Virus record (IMG/VR): IMGVR_UViG_3300009514_000013
Span: 20,363 to 84,362 of that record
Strand: one strand, 5' to 3'
Length of the DNA: 64,000 nt
Source of the DNA: a virus
Below the pieces are notes generated by a model. It was not told the DNA's origin. It saw only the letters and a program-made list of their open reading frames with translations, and did no database searches. The position numbers were made by a program, and so were the translations under genes. Positions 26,260 to 35,214 of the stretch are shown piece after piece. The number at the start of each line of letters is the position of its first letter. Position 1 is the first letter of the stretch.

Positions 26260-27059
26260 TGGCTGTTGCTCTCATTAAAGAAGACATTGATCGTTGGTTC
26301 GAATATGGAGTCTACCCGCGAACAAGGACGATCTACTTAGGTGGTATTCATGGATACGATCATGGTGAAGATGAAGACCATTTGGGTGAGTCTGGGATCT
26401 ATTGGAACACCGCACGACGGATGATTCAGAGCCTACACTTACTTGATAGCAACATTGATCAACCTATTACTGTTGTGATGAATAGCGTTGGTGGTGACTG
26501 GCAGCATGGAATGGCAATCTACGATGCGATTCGTTTGTCAAAATGTCATATAACGATCATTAACATGTCTCATGCTCGTTCCATGACGAGTTTGATTTTC
26601 CAAGCAGCCGATCTGCGCATCATTGCACCGAACGGCTATTACATGATTCACGATGGGACCAGTGGATTTGGAGGTATCCCAAGATCAGCTATCAACTGGA
26701 TACAGTACGAAAAAGATGTGATCTTGCCAAAGATGTACAGTATTTATTTGGAACGTATCAAAGAGGTGGATGGTAAAGGGGAGTACAAAGTTGACATCCA
26801 CGAAGCAGCTGAGATTTTGAATTCGAAAATCCCAGATGGTTCAAAGCGAATTCTTCCATCGAGAGGGATTGAAGGTATCAAACTCTCTCATATTCAAGCT
26901 CTTTGTTCTCAAGATACGATCTTCACACCTACGGAAATGATCCGACTTAACTTTGTTGATCGGATGATGGAAACTGGTGATCTTGTGGGGGCTTATGTGA
27001 ATCCGAAGATGCATGGTCTTCCGACAGGATTGGAGAGTCTTCAAGATGAAGACGAATAG
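26259..27059 (+). CDS. clpP: ClpP-like serine protease
   Basis: RTIYLGG, MNSVGG...GMAIYDAI, ARSMTS (Ser), YMIH (His), QDTIFTPTE..L.FVD (Asp). Confidence 0.85.
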   Translation: MAVALIKEDIDRWFEYGVYPRTRTIYLGGIHGYDHGEDEDHLGESGIYWNTARRMIQSLHLLDSNIDQPITVVMNSVGGDWQHGMAIYDAIRLSKCHITIINMSHARSMTSLIFQAADLRIIAPNGYYMIHDGTSGFGGIPRSAINWIQYEKDVILPKMYSIYLERIKEVDGKGEYKVDIHEAAEILNSKIPDGSKRILPSRGIEGIKLSHIQALCSQDTIFTPTEMIRLNFVDRMMETGDLVGAYVNPKMHGLPTGLESLQDEDE

Positions 27060-27067
27060 GACTGCTT

Positions 27068-28216
27068 ATGAAACGGAAAAAATGCGGCAAATGCGGCAAA
27101 GTCAGACAGATGGCTTTGAACGGAAAAAGAAAAGATGGGGCTCAGAAATATAGAAACGTATGTAATTCTTGCAAAGGTAAATCTCCTAATAATCGTCGAA
27201 AAGTTGAACGTCCCATCAAGACAAAGATTCCAGATGAAGCTCCGACCAAAAACCCACAAATACTGAAACTGTGGCAGCTGGCTTCAACACGACCTCAAGC
27301 ATTCGAAGAACTCTGCGATCGTATGGATGTGTCACCGAAGATCATGCGGAAACTGATCCAAGAAGCTAGGGATGGTGGTTTAAGCATTCATGTAGAAAAC
27401 GATCATGTTGGTGCTCGAGTCCAATCTATTGATGACGAACAAAATCTTTTCCACAAGAACGATATTTCTCCTGTGGTCGGTAAAGAAGTTGTTGTAGGTG
27501 TTATTTCCGATACCCACTACGGATCGAAGTACTGCCTTCGTGGTCACATCAAAGACGCAGTGAAGAAGATGTACGAAGCTGGTGCTCGAATCATTCTTCA
27601 TCCTGGAGATGTGATCGATGGTTGTTATCGACACGGTGAGTTCGAACTCACTCATTACGGTTTAGAGGATCAAGTTCGTGACCTTTTCAAGAATCTACCC
27701 AAACACAAGGGTTTATCGTATCACTGCATCACTGGCAATCATGACGACACGTTCTGGGACCGGACCGGAGTCAATGTTGGTCACTATATCGAAGGGACCT
27801 TTAGGCGTCGTGGACGAAACGATATTCACTTCTACGGCCAACGAGGAGCTTTCCTCAATATATACGGCGTTCGAGTACATTTGTGGCACCCACGAGGTGG
27901 AGGGAGTTACGCTCGAAGTTATGCCCTCCAGAAAAAACTAGAAGGGTACATGCCGGGTGAGAAGCCAAAGATCATGGTGGCTGGCCACTGGCATCAGTAC
28001 TGTCATATTCACGAGAGAGGTATCCACGCATTTATGTGCCCGACCTTCCAAGGGGGAGGATCTGCGTTTGGTCGCTCGATGAGAGGTTCTCCGAATATCG
28101 GTGGATTGTTGTTTAGATGGCGTCTTGCGGAAAACGGAACCCTCCGACAATTCAATTCCGAGAAATTCACCTATTACGAGAGAGAAGTTGTCCACGAGGT
28201 TGGAGAATCTGAGTAG
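27068..28216 (+). CDS. zinc finger + HTH + calcineurin-like phosphoesterase
   Basis: CGKC..CNSC; SDTHYGS, GDVIDG, GNHD, GHWH. Confidence 0.8.
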   Translation: MKRKKCGKCGKVRQMALNGKRKDGAQKYRNVCNSCKGKSPNNRRKVERPIKTKIPDEAPTKNPQILKLWQLASTRPQAFEELCDRMDVSPKIMRKLIQEARDGGLSIHVENDHVGARVQSIDDEQNLFHKNDISPVVGKEVVVGVISDTHYGSKYCLRGHIKDAVKKMYEAGARIILHPGDVIDGCYRHGEFELTHYGLEDQVRDLFKNLPKHKGLSYHCITGNHDDTFWDRTGVNVGHYIEGTFRRRGRNDIHFYGQRGAFLNIYGVRVHLWHPRGGGSYARSYALQKKLEGYMPGEKPKIMVAGHWHQYCHIHERGIHAFMCPTFQGGGSAFGRSMRGSPNIGGLLFRWRLAENGTLRQFNSEKFTYYEREVVHEVGESE

Positions 28217-28298
28217 TTTGGCAGGAACCTAGCTCCTGACGTATCTTCAATCTAGAGACTTACTTGGATCTGTTCTAAGGGGTTCTCCGGAATGAGAT

Positions 28299-28661
28299 AT
28301 GAAAAGTTTCCTGTTAGCAATCGCCCTATTCCTCGTACCTGCCATGGCATCGGCCGATTGTCGCGTTGTTCGTTCAGCTACTAAGAAAAGTAAAGAGTTC
28401 GTAACAACCATCTCATGCACGATCGAAGGTCAGTTGGTGGACCTCCTCCTCATCCGCCAACACCTGGCTGCGGTGAAAATCCAAAACAAAGATTCTGGTT
28501 CGTTGATAACGGTGCATGAGGATGATCTCATCTTGAATGTTGAAGCATGGTCATGGGCGATCATCCGCCTCCAGAACATCATCCATGAACAAGGTAAAGT
28601 GATTCAGAAGCTACAAAAGTCTTGTCGGAAGCATTGTTTTACGACTAAAGATAAGAAGTGA
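28299..28661 (+). CDS. secreted hypothetical protein
   Basis: Signal peptide MKSFLLAIALFLVPAMASA. Confidence 0.55.
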   Translation: MKSFLLAIALFLVPAMASADCRVVRSATKKSKEFVTTISCTIEGQLVDLLLIRQHLAAVKIQNKDSGSLITVHEDDLILNVEAWSWAIIRLQNIIHEQGKVIQKLQKSCRKHCFTTKDKK

Positions 28662-28969
28662 CTTCAGACAAGACTCCTCCTGAAGAATGGCTGTTCGAGC
28701 AACCGGATCCGGTCAAACAATATGCGAATCGACTACGAGATGAGTGGTATCGGGAAGACATTAAACTTCTCAGATCGAGAATTCGTGACCTCGAACAGCA
28801 GAAAGTAGAAGTTGGAAAAGAACGTGATCGATGGGCGAAGCGTATGAAGCTCCTTGAAGCTCGAATCAGACACGCAGCTGAAACTCTCGATGGTGGCTTC
28901 AGTCCACCCGAGATCAATGAAATCCGCAAAACCAGAGGTCTACCAATCATCAAACAACTGGAGGACTAG
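28658..28969 (+). CDS. coiled-coil hypothetical protein
   Basis: 103-aa ORF. Confidence 0.55.
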   Translation: MTSDKTPPEEWLFEQPDPVKQYANRLRDEWYREDIKLLRSRIRDLEQQKVEVGKERDRWAKRMKLLEARIRHAAETLDGGFSPPEINEIRKTRGLPIIKQLED

Positions 28970-29743
28970 GTGTCAATTCCAATCCGTCTCAAGTCGATTC
29001 CTCTATGGGTTGAACACTGGTCAGAAGAATCACTCCGGAAGAGATACTCCCAAGAACCAAGAGCATTCGAACGCGGATTCAGACTCAAGGCATTCTCTGA
29101 TGATGAAGCAACATTCCCGAGCTTCTCCCAATGCGAAGTCCCTGGGATCACTCTTGGAGAGATTCAACGATCGAACTGGCCCAAGTTCACAGGAGTCGAC
29201 CTCTCATCTAAGAAGCGTCCTGGTAACACCATTGCCACGGTTGCAGTCGATCCGAAGACAAGACGTCGATATCCCATAGACATTCGATATGGTGCCTGGA
29301 GGTCATCTGAGACGGCTGAGCAAATCCGTATTGTTGATGAACTCTTCAGCCCGATGGTTATCATGGTTGAAGACAACGCTTACCAAGAGGCTCTCCTGGA
29401 TTGGATCTCTGATGACAAGTCTCGGTTTCCGTATTGGGTTAAGATCGAAGCCACTACCACTACAGGTGGTAGAAAGTCGGATCTAGAGAAAGGTCTCCCC
29501 GGACTTGAGGTCGAATTCTCGAAAAAGGGTTGGGCGTTTCCCCTATCCGAGTATGAGAATGTGACTCCTGATGAGGCACCACCAGCTGGCCACTGGGCGC
29601 GTTTAGCCCAAGAACTTCGCCATCACCCCATTGCAGCTACATCGGACGGTGTAATGGCTTTGTGGTTCGCCAGGCAAGGTATTGAACTCTACGGCGGAAT
29701 GGCTTTCCACGATGTCCAAATTGGAGACTTGACAGTCCGCTAA
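28970..29743 (+). CDS. terL: terminase large subunit, C-terminal RNase H-like nuclease half
   Basis: LW.EHW.EESL linker, GVDLS, VEDNAYQ, SDGVMALW; GGAGG RBS before GTG. Confidence 0.75.
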   Translation: MSIPIRLKSIPLWVEHWSEESLRKRYSQEPRAFERGFRLKAFSDDEATFPSFSQCEVPGITLGEIQRSNWPKFTGVDLSSKKRPGNTIATVAVDPKTRRRYPIDIRYGAWRSSETAEQIRIVDELFSPMVIMVEDNAYQEALLDWISDDKSRFPYWVKIEATTTTGGRKSDLEKGLPGLEVEFSKKGWAFPLSEYENVTPDEAPPAGHWARLAQELRHHPIAATSDGVMALWFARQGIELYGGMAFHDVQIGDLTVR

Positions 29744-29954
29744 CACTAATTTGATCTTTTATAGGTTGTGCACGCAAACGTGACGGAGGGTCGTAAAAGG
29801 AGTACTGGTGGTCCGGGTTGCGACGGAGAAGCCTGCGAGACTGGCGTATACAGGGGGATGAGACACATGCTGAAGCCCCGATACCAGTCAGGTGGCATTG
29901 TGGTTCCGACTGCGATGTTCATCAGTTGTGTGACGATCGGGAGAGACCGATATC

Positions 29955-30034
29955 GGGGATGAGAAGGGTTCGACAGTCTGATGAAATCCTGAAAGGGACC
30001 AGGCTGGACCAGCGTTCGATTCGCTGCATCTCCA
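29955..30034 (+). ncRNA. minimal tmRNA-like RNA (tRNA-like domain only)
   Basis: Acceptor GGGGATG/CATCTCC+A with G3-U70; stemless D-loop AGAAGGGTTCGAC; helix AGTCTG/CAGGCT; TCCT-GAAA-GGGA cap; GGAC; T-arm CAGCG-TTCGATT-CGCTG. Confidence 0.8.
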
Positions 30035-30071
30035 TTGAAACCAGGTGGGCAAATGAGCCTAGCTTTATTGG

Positions 30072-30269
30072 ATGCGTATGAACTCGGTAAGAAAACATGC
30101 TCTCAAAGCGGGAATGGCCAACTCCATGTGGACCCCTGAAGATATCCGTGAAATTCGCAAGTTGAGGGAAGAGGGTTCCTCTTACAAGGAAATCCTTTAC
30201 ATGTACCCGATGTCCAAATCCACACTTTCCTACATTGTGAATTACAAAACCCATGTATCATCTCTCTAG
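30072..30269 (+). CDS. small HTH protein
   Basis: DIREIRKL..G.SYKEI..MY.MSKSTLSYIVN.KT. Confidence 0.65.
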   Translation: MRMNSVRKHALKAGMANSMWTPEDIREIRKLREEGSSYKEILYMYPMSKSTLSYIVNYKTHVSSL

Positions 30270-30277
30270 AGAAAGAG

Positions 30278-30634
30278 ATGGACTCATACTCCAAATCGGA
30301 TTTCGAACTTCTTGTTTTTGAGAGTGGGATAGCATTCTCCATCCGAGAAAAAGGCGGTAGCAAAGCAAGATTTGAGAACGTGTCGATAGATGCTATTGGC
30401 ATTTCAACAAGTGGTTTTCTTTATGGATATTGGTACCCGATAGATGCGGATTTCCCGACTCGCATCACTGGAGTTTCTTTCAAAGCGGTGTGCGAATTCT
30501 GCGAAAGCGAGATGGTTGTCCGTCGCATTACGAAGAAACCTGCTCAGTTCAGTGTGTCTTGCAAAGAGTGTAAAAGAATTCTGAATGTTCCGAATCGTCC
30601 TCCGCTACGTCTGGTGATCAACAACAAAAAATGA
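30278..30634 (+). CDS. zinc-ribbon protein
   Basis: CEFC..CKEC. Confidence 0.55.
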   Translation: MDSYSKSDFELLVFESGIAFSIREKGGSKARFENVSIDAIGISTSGFLYGYWYPIDADFPTRITGVSFKAVCEFCESEMVVRRITKKPAQFSVSCKECKRILNVPNRPPLRLVINNKK

Positions 30635-30649
30635 TGTAGGTGTTGATCA

Positions 30650-31204
30650 ATGAGTGATTACGTCCGTGGAGACATCGTTAATCTAAACCGTGCTCAAAGT
30701 TCTCAAGTTGAGATTTTGACTGTCCCGACAACCGAAGATGAACCGTACACAATAACACTTCCGATCAACGAAGAATATAAGTCTTTCACATACTTAGCAT
30801 CGGTTGATGATTCGCTATCAGATGTTGCGTTTGGCCTCGAAGATGTTCTAGAGAAAGAACAAACCAAGTTCTCAGTTGCTGTGAATGACGATCAGGATGC
30901 TGTTGTCATCGTTGGACCGTTGGGTCTGTCATTTGAAGGCACTACCTCAACCAATCTTCGGTACTCGCTCATTGAAGACGCAGTTCGAGCCATTCGTCAC
31001 GATACTGGTGAAAAGATTGGAAACTGCCGTGTCCTCGCTTCGGAGAATTCTTTGGAGAAGCTTCGGGAATACGCTACAAGAGATCGTGATGGTACTGTTC
31101 GGATTGTGAATCAGATCCGGTTACGAGAATTGAATTCGGCTAATGTTTTCGAAGTGGAAGCTGATGAGATCCTCACAGTCATCGAAAGAGAAGGAACCGC
31201 ATGA
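30650..31204 (+). CDS. hypothetical protein
   Basis: 184-aa ORF. Confidence 0.6.
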   Translation: MSDYVRGDIVNLNRAQSSQVEILTVPTTEDEPYTITLPINEEYKSFTYLASVDDSLSDVAFGLEDVLEKEQTKFSVAVNDDQDAVVIVGPLGLSFEGTTSTNLRYSLIEDAVRAIRHDTGEKIGNCRVLASENSLEKLREYATRDRDGTVRIVNQIRLRELNSANVFEVEADEILTVIEREGTA

Positions 31205-31575
31205 TGGAGAAGACGTGTGTGAACTGTGGGGATGAGTTCGAGACAGATAACGAGGACTGCCATTGGTGTTCTGAGTCTTGTTGGGGAGAAATAGAAAACC
31301 TTCAACTACAGACACACGATTCGTACCACGAAGAAATCGGTGTTTCAGAAGCAGACAAGGCCCGAACAGCATTATCGTCTCCTATGGAAACAGAGATTTC
31401 AGAAGACGTAGAAAAACCATGGACGCGGGATTTGGCGGTAGCTGAACGACTTGTTGAGAGTGCAGAAATTGCCAACGATCCAAATGACGTTTCCTTTTTG
31501 ATCGATCTTGCTTCTAGCTATCTGCAACGTGCTCGAGATAGCGTCCAACCATTTGTAAATCAAAGGGCTAGCTGA
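31201..31575 (+). CDS. zinc-finger protein
   Basis: CVNCG.EF....CSESC. Confidence 0.6.
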   Translation: MMEKTCVNCGDEFETDNEDCHWCSESCWGEIENLQLQTHDSYHEEIGVSEADKARTALSSPMETEISEDVEKPWTRDLAVAERLVESAEIANDPNDVSFLIDLASSYLQRARDSVQPFVNQRAS

Positions 31576-31784
31576 TGTTTCAGATTAAAACGTTCGATTT
31601 GCCGGTCACTTACAACGAAGTAGGTAATCGGGAAGTGCTAGAAGACTTCGCCAGAACCAGACTTCGGAGTGACATGAAAAAGATGGGGTATGAAATTATT
31701 CCTTCCTCTTTTCGTGTGGTTTGGTATGAATCATCTCGCGGTGTGGCTACTGCCAATGGCCTTCCGATCAAAGGAGTTAGTTGA
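31575..31784 (+). CDS. hypothetical protein
   Basis: TGATG overlaps on both sides. Confidence 0.55.
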   Translation: MFQIKTFDLPVTYNEVGNREVLEDFARTRLRSDMKKMGYEIIPSSFRVVWYESSRGVATANGLPIKGVS

Positions 31785-32236
31785 TGAAGTATGAGCTTGA
31801 ATTGGATGACACCGGCAATCGGTACTGGTTGTGTACGCTAGATGACGGTACGCAAGAAGCGATTCCGCCAGGATGGAAATTGGAACTAGGTTCGGGTTCC
31901 TGGACTGTCGAAGGTACAAACCACGGGCTTCCGATTGGAACTGTGGTCGCGGTCGAATTTCCTGAGAATCCAGAAGAGAGGAAGAAAGAATCTCTCTTGA
32001 AGCTATTACGACGCTCTCTGCAGAAGTCTTTCAAAGCTGAAGGATTGGAACTGTCTGACGAAGAAGCTGACGAGAAGATCCAACAGACGATTGATGAGAT
32101 TCTCGAGAAAACCAAGAACCCCGATGTCTTAAGAGCGAAATCGTCACTTGAAATTCCTGAGCCACCGCAAATCCTACCTGGTGAACAGAAGATTGTTGAT
32201 CAGTTGATAGGGGCAGGTTTCGGACGACATGGCTGA
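31784..32236 (+). CDS. hypothetical protein
   Basis: AAGGAG RBS. Confidence 0.6.
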   Translation: MKYELELDDTGNRYWLCTLDDGTQEAIPPGWKLELGSGSWTVEGTNHGLPIGTVVAVEFPENPEERKKESLLKLLRRSLQKSFKAEGLELSDEEADEKIQQTIDEILEKTKNPDVLRAKSSLEIPEPPQILPGEQKIVDQLIGAGFGRHG

Positions 32237-32798
32237 ATCGAAATCACAGACTTCTGAAGCACCTCTAGTAAGACGTTCGGATGTAGAAGTCTTGGATGAT
32301 CCTCGTCAGATTCGACTGACTCCCAAACAACGGGAGGAGATGGATCGGAAAATCTACAAGACTTGGAGAGCTGTTCAAGATGGAATTCCAGAACAGAGGC
32401 ACACTCCTCGAATTGATCCCTACGATGTTGCTCAGATCGAACAAGACCAGATGCAGGAAGCTGCTAAGAAACCTGAGGTCTGGAAAAAGATCATGGAATA
32501 TTATGGTTTCACCTGGTATTCAGCTTCTGATCTCGATGCTCATCCCATGGTAGGACCAGCTCGCTACCGAACTAGAGATCAGAGAATCTTTTTGAAACCT
32601 CAGCCTTGTGGTCAATGGAGAAATGACTTGGAGATCCAAGAAGGTTTTTCTAATCCTCCAGAACGCTTGAAAATGGCTTTCACCTTGAAGGACCTCATCC
32701 TTGGATTTCGAACACCTGAGCAATTCGACAAATGGATGAAGAAACAGATTTCCGCAGTGATTTCGACCCAAATGCGAATGAGCCGAAATTCCGTATAG
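32229..32798 (+). CDS. hypothetical protein
   Basis: 189-aa ORF. Confidence 0.6.
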   Translation: MAESKSQTSEAPLVRRSDVEVLDDPRQIRLTPKQREEMDRKIYKTWRAVQDGIPEQRHTPRIDPYDVAQIEQDQMQEAAKKPEVWKKIMEYYGFTWYSASDLDAHPMVGPARYRTRDQRIFLKPQPCGQWRNDLEIQEGFSNPPERLKMAFTLKDLILGFRTPEQFDKWMKKQISAVISTQMRMSRNSV

Positions 32799-32974
32799 TA
32801 TTGGCTCTATGCCTGCCAAGTCGAAAGCTCAACTTCGCTTTCTATTCTCCAAAGGAGCCAAGAAAAAAGGCATCACCGAAGAACAAGTTCGAGAGTGGGC
32901 AAGATCTACTCCGAACATCTCTAAACTACCTGAACGTGTAGGCAAAAAATCTAAGAAGAAGTAGGGTCAAGACA

Positions 32975-34693
32975 ATGGCTGGAATCGATATGTCTTTTGG
33001 TGGTCAAGAATTTCCGAGAGCGTTGGAGGTTCGCCAATACCTCTACAACAATGCGATCTTAGGGCAAACGACTAGGCTCCGAACTTTGGATCGATTGGAT
33101 GCTTTCTACAAAGGTCTTGAATATGCTCACCACCAAACCGGATGGGATGGATTCTCCGCAGATCAATTAGAGACGATTTCTCCTGATGCCACTAAACCGT
33201 TAGGTTTCACCAAACCAGCCGACAAGACCATGGTTGGTCAAAAGCGACCAACAGCACCTCTTCGTTTGACCGGAACGGTTGTGGATCGGTTCACAGGCCT
33301 CCTCTTCTCGAAGAAGCGTCTACCCAAAGTCACGATTGAAGATGATCAAGAATCCAACGACTTCGTCCAAGCCGTATTCAAGAAGACACGGTTTTGGAGA
33401 ACTATGTACAACTCCCGAACCTATGGCGGTTCGATGGGCTCTTCTTTGATCACAGTTCAGTTGAGGAATGGTCGTTTCTCGTTCAAAGCTCATAGTCCCA
33501 AGACGATTCAAGACATCGTTTGGGAAGATCCAGATCTCAAGATACCTGCTGGAGTTCTCATCCAGTACATCTATTACGTGGAAAAGGATGAAGTAGATCC
33601 GAAGACAGGTGCTCCGACTGGAACAATGAAGAACTGTCCTTATCTCTATCGAAGGATTATAGATGCTGAGTGTGACGTCATTTTCAAACCGGCTGAGATT
33701 GTGAACAACAAACTTCCTGAGATGGAGATTGATGAACACCAAAGCTACCAGCATAGATTGGGAGAATTCCCTGGAGTCTGGATTCAGAACCTTCCATGTG
33801 AAGAAGAAATCGATGGCGTTGCCGATTGCGAAGGTGTCTATCAGATCTTCGACACAATCGATCGGCAACTGGCTCAATCGAACAAGGGGTTGTTAGCCAA
33901 TCAGGATCCTACAGTTGTCCTTTCGATTGATAAGAAACTCATGTCGGCAGGAGTTCCTATCCACAAAGGATCTGAAAATTCTTTGAATGTTGGAATGGGT
34001 GGATCAGCCAACTACTTGGAGATATCTGCATCGGGAATCACAGCAGCAAGAGAATTCGTCAAAGACTTGAAACAAGCTGCAATGGATCGAGCTCAGGTTG
34101 TTCTTGCTGATCCTCAGACGATGGCTGGTTCAGCACAGTCTGCTTTAGCAATTGAGTTTCTTTATCAACCGATGCTCGAGAAAGCTGACAGGTTACGAGA
34201 GCAGTATGGTCAAGCGATTGAGGTTCTTGTTGACCTACTGTTGAAGTTGGGTCGGATTTGGTCGGATCCGCTTCGATATGAAGGAAATGCGAAACCTAAG
34301 TTTGATTTGCCTCCGAAGATTGTTGAGATGGATTCAGATCCCGAGAATCCAGAAGCTGAGATGGGTGTTCAAAAGCTCAAAGTGTTTCCAGTACCCGGAG
34401 AAGGTTCTCAGGTAGCATTGTCTTGGGGTCCTTACTTCTCGCCTACTCCTACAGATGTTCAGACGCAAATTGGTGTTGTTGCTACAGCTTATGGAGCTGG
34501 ATTGATTGACCTGGACACGGCAGTCAGCAAAGTAGCTCACATCCTGGATATTGAAGATGAAGAAGGTCTGTTACGGCGAGTGAAGGAAGAAAGCAAAAAG
34601 CGCAAAGCTGATGTGATGGCTAATTTAGAAGAAGCTGGAATGGGATGGCCTACCTCTCCAATTCCACGTCCAGAAGGTGAGGAACTCATATGA
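32975..34693 (+). CDS. portal protein (SPP1 gp6-like)
   Basis: 572 aa; H.LGEFP.VWIQN, IFD.IDR, SALAIE..Y.P; first gene of the head module. Confidence 0.75.
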   Translation: MAGIDMSFGGQEFPRALEVRQYLYNNAILGQTTRLRTLDRLDAFYKGLEYAHHQTGWDGFSADQLETISPDATKPLGFTKPADKTMVGQKRPTAPLRLTGTVVDRFTGLLFSKKRLPKVTIEDDQESNDFVQAVFKKTRFWRTMYNSRTYGGSMGSSLITVQLRNGRFSFKAHSPKTIQDIVWEDPDLKIPAGVLIQYIYYVEKDEVDPKTGAPTGTMKNCPYLYRRIIDAECDVIFKPAEIVNNKLPEMEIDEHQSYQHRLGEFPGVWIQNLPCEEEIDGVADCEGVYQIFDTIDRQLAQSNKGLLANQDPTVVLSIDKKLMSAGVPIHKGSENSLNVGMGGSANYLEISASGITAAREFVKDLKQAAMDRAQVVLADPQTMAGSAQSALAIEFLYQPMLEKADRLREQYGQAIEVLVDLLLKLGRIWSDPLRYEGNAKPKFDLPPKIVEMDSDPENPEAEMGVQKLKVFPVPGEGSQVALSWGPYFSPTPTDVQTQIGVVATAYGAGLIDLDTAVSKVAHILDIEDEEGLLRRVKEESKKRKADVMANLEEAGMGWPTSPIPRPEGEELI

Positions 34694-35193
34694 ACAAATT
34701 CAAATCATGGGCTGTTGAAGAACAAGAAGAAGATTTCGACTTCACAGAAGTGAGGAGAAACGAAGAACCTGTTCAACCACAGCAACAAGTTCAACCGACA
34801 TACCAACAGCCAGTTCCACAAGCACAACCACAAGGAGCTGTGTTCTATTCTCCACCTCCACAACCAATGATGATTCAACAATCGACTGGCTTTGTCGGCA
34901 ATTACCATCCAGCACCTCAACCAATAGAACCGATTCCTCGAACTTGTTGTTTGGTGAAAGCTGATCCTGATGGGGATCCGTATGAACGAATGATGGCGCA
35001 GATTCCAGATTCGGCTAAAGAAGCAGGGATTGATAAATCAAACGGTGTTGATGCGATGTCTCTCTCGGCTGAATCTATTGATGATCACATTCACCGAGTT
35101 CATTCGACACCGTCAGGAATGGTACGCCAACAAGGAAGACCGAGCCGAATCAGTACTAAAGGAAACTCCTCAGGTGGTCCAGTTGGATTGTGA
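34690..35193 (+). CDS. Gln/Pro-rich hypothetical protein
   Basis: ATGA overlap with portal. Confidence 0.55.
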   Translation: MNKFKSWAVEEQEEDFDFTEVRRNEEPVQPQQQVQPTYQQPVPQAQPQGAVFYSPPPQPMMIQQSTGFVGNYHPAPQPIEPIPRTCCLVKADPDGDPYERMMAQIPDSAKEAGIDKSNGVDAMSLSAESIDDHIHRVHSTPSGMVRQQGRPSRISTKGNSSGGPVGL

Positions 35194-35194
35194 T

Positions 35195-35210
35195 GTTAAA
35201 TCGCTTTAAC
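35195..35210. promoter_or_regulatory. 16-bp palindrome copy 5
   Basis: GTTAAATCGCTTTAAC, 4 nt before ATG 35215. Confidence 0.7.
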
Positions 35211-35214
35211 ACCA

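Noticed and set aside
15956-28969. Integrated mobile element interrupting terL
   Set aside because: No integrase or transposase and no clear flanking direct repeats were seen. The interval shares the arrays and palindromes found in the rest of the window.
29978-29998. Hammerhead ribozyme (CTGATGA...GAAA)
   Set aside because: GAAA is the loop of the stem rather than following stem II, and no stem III or cleavage triplet is present.
29955-30034. Canonical tRNA gene
   Set aside because: It has no D-stem and no 7-nt anticodon loop; the features match the tmRNA tRNA-like domain.
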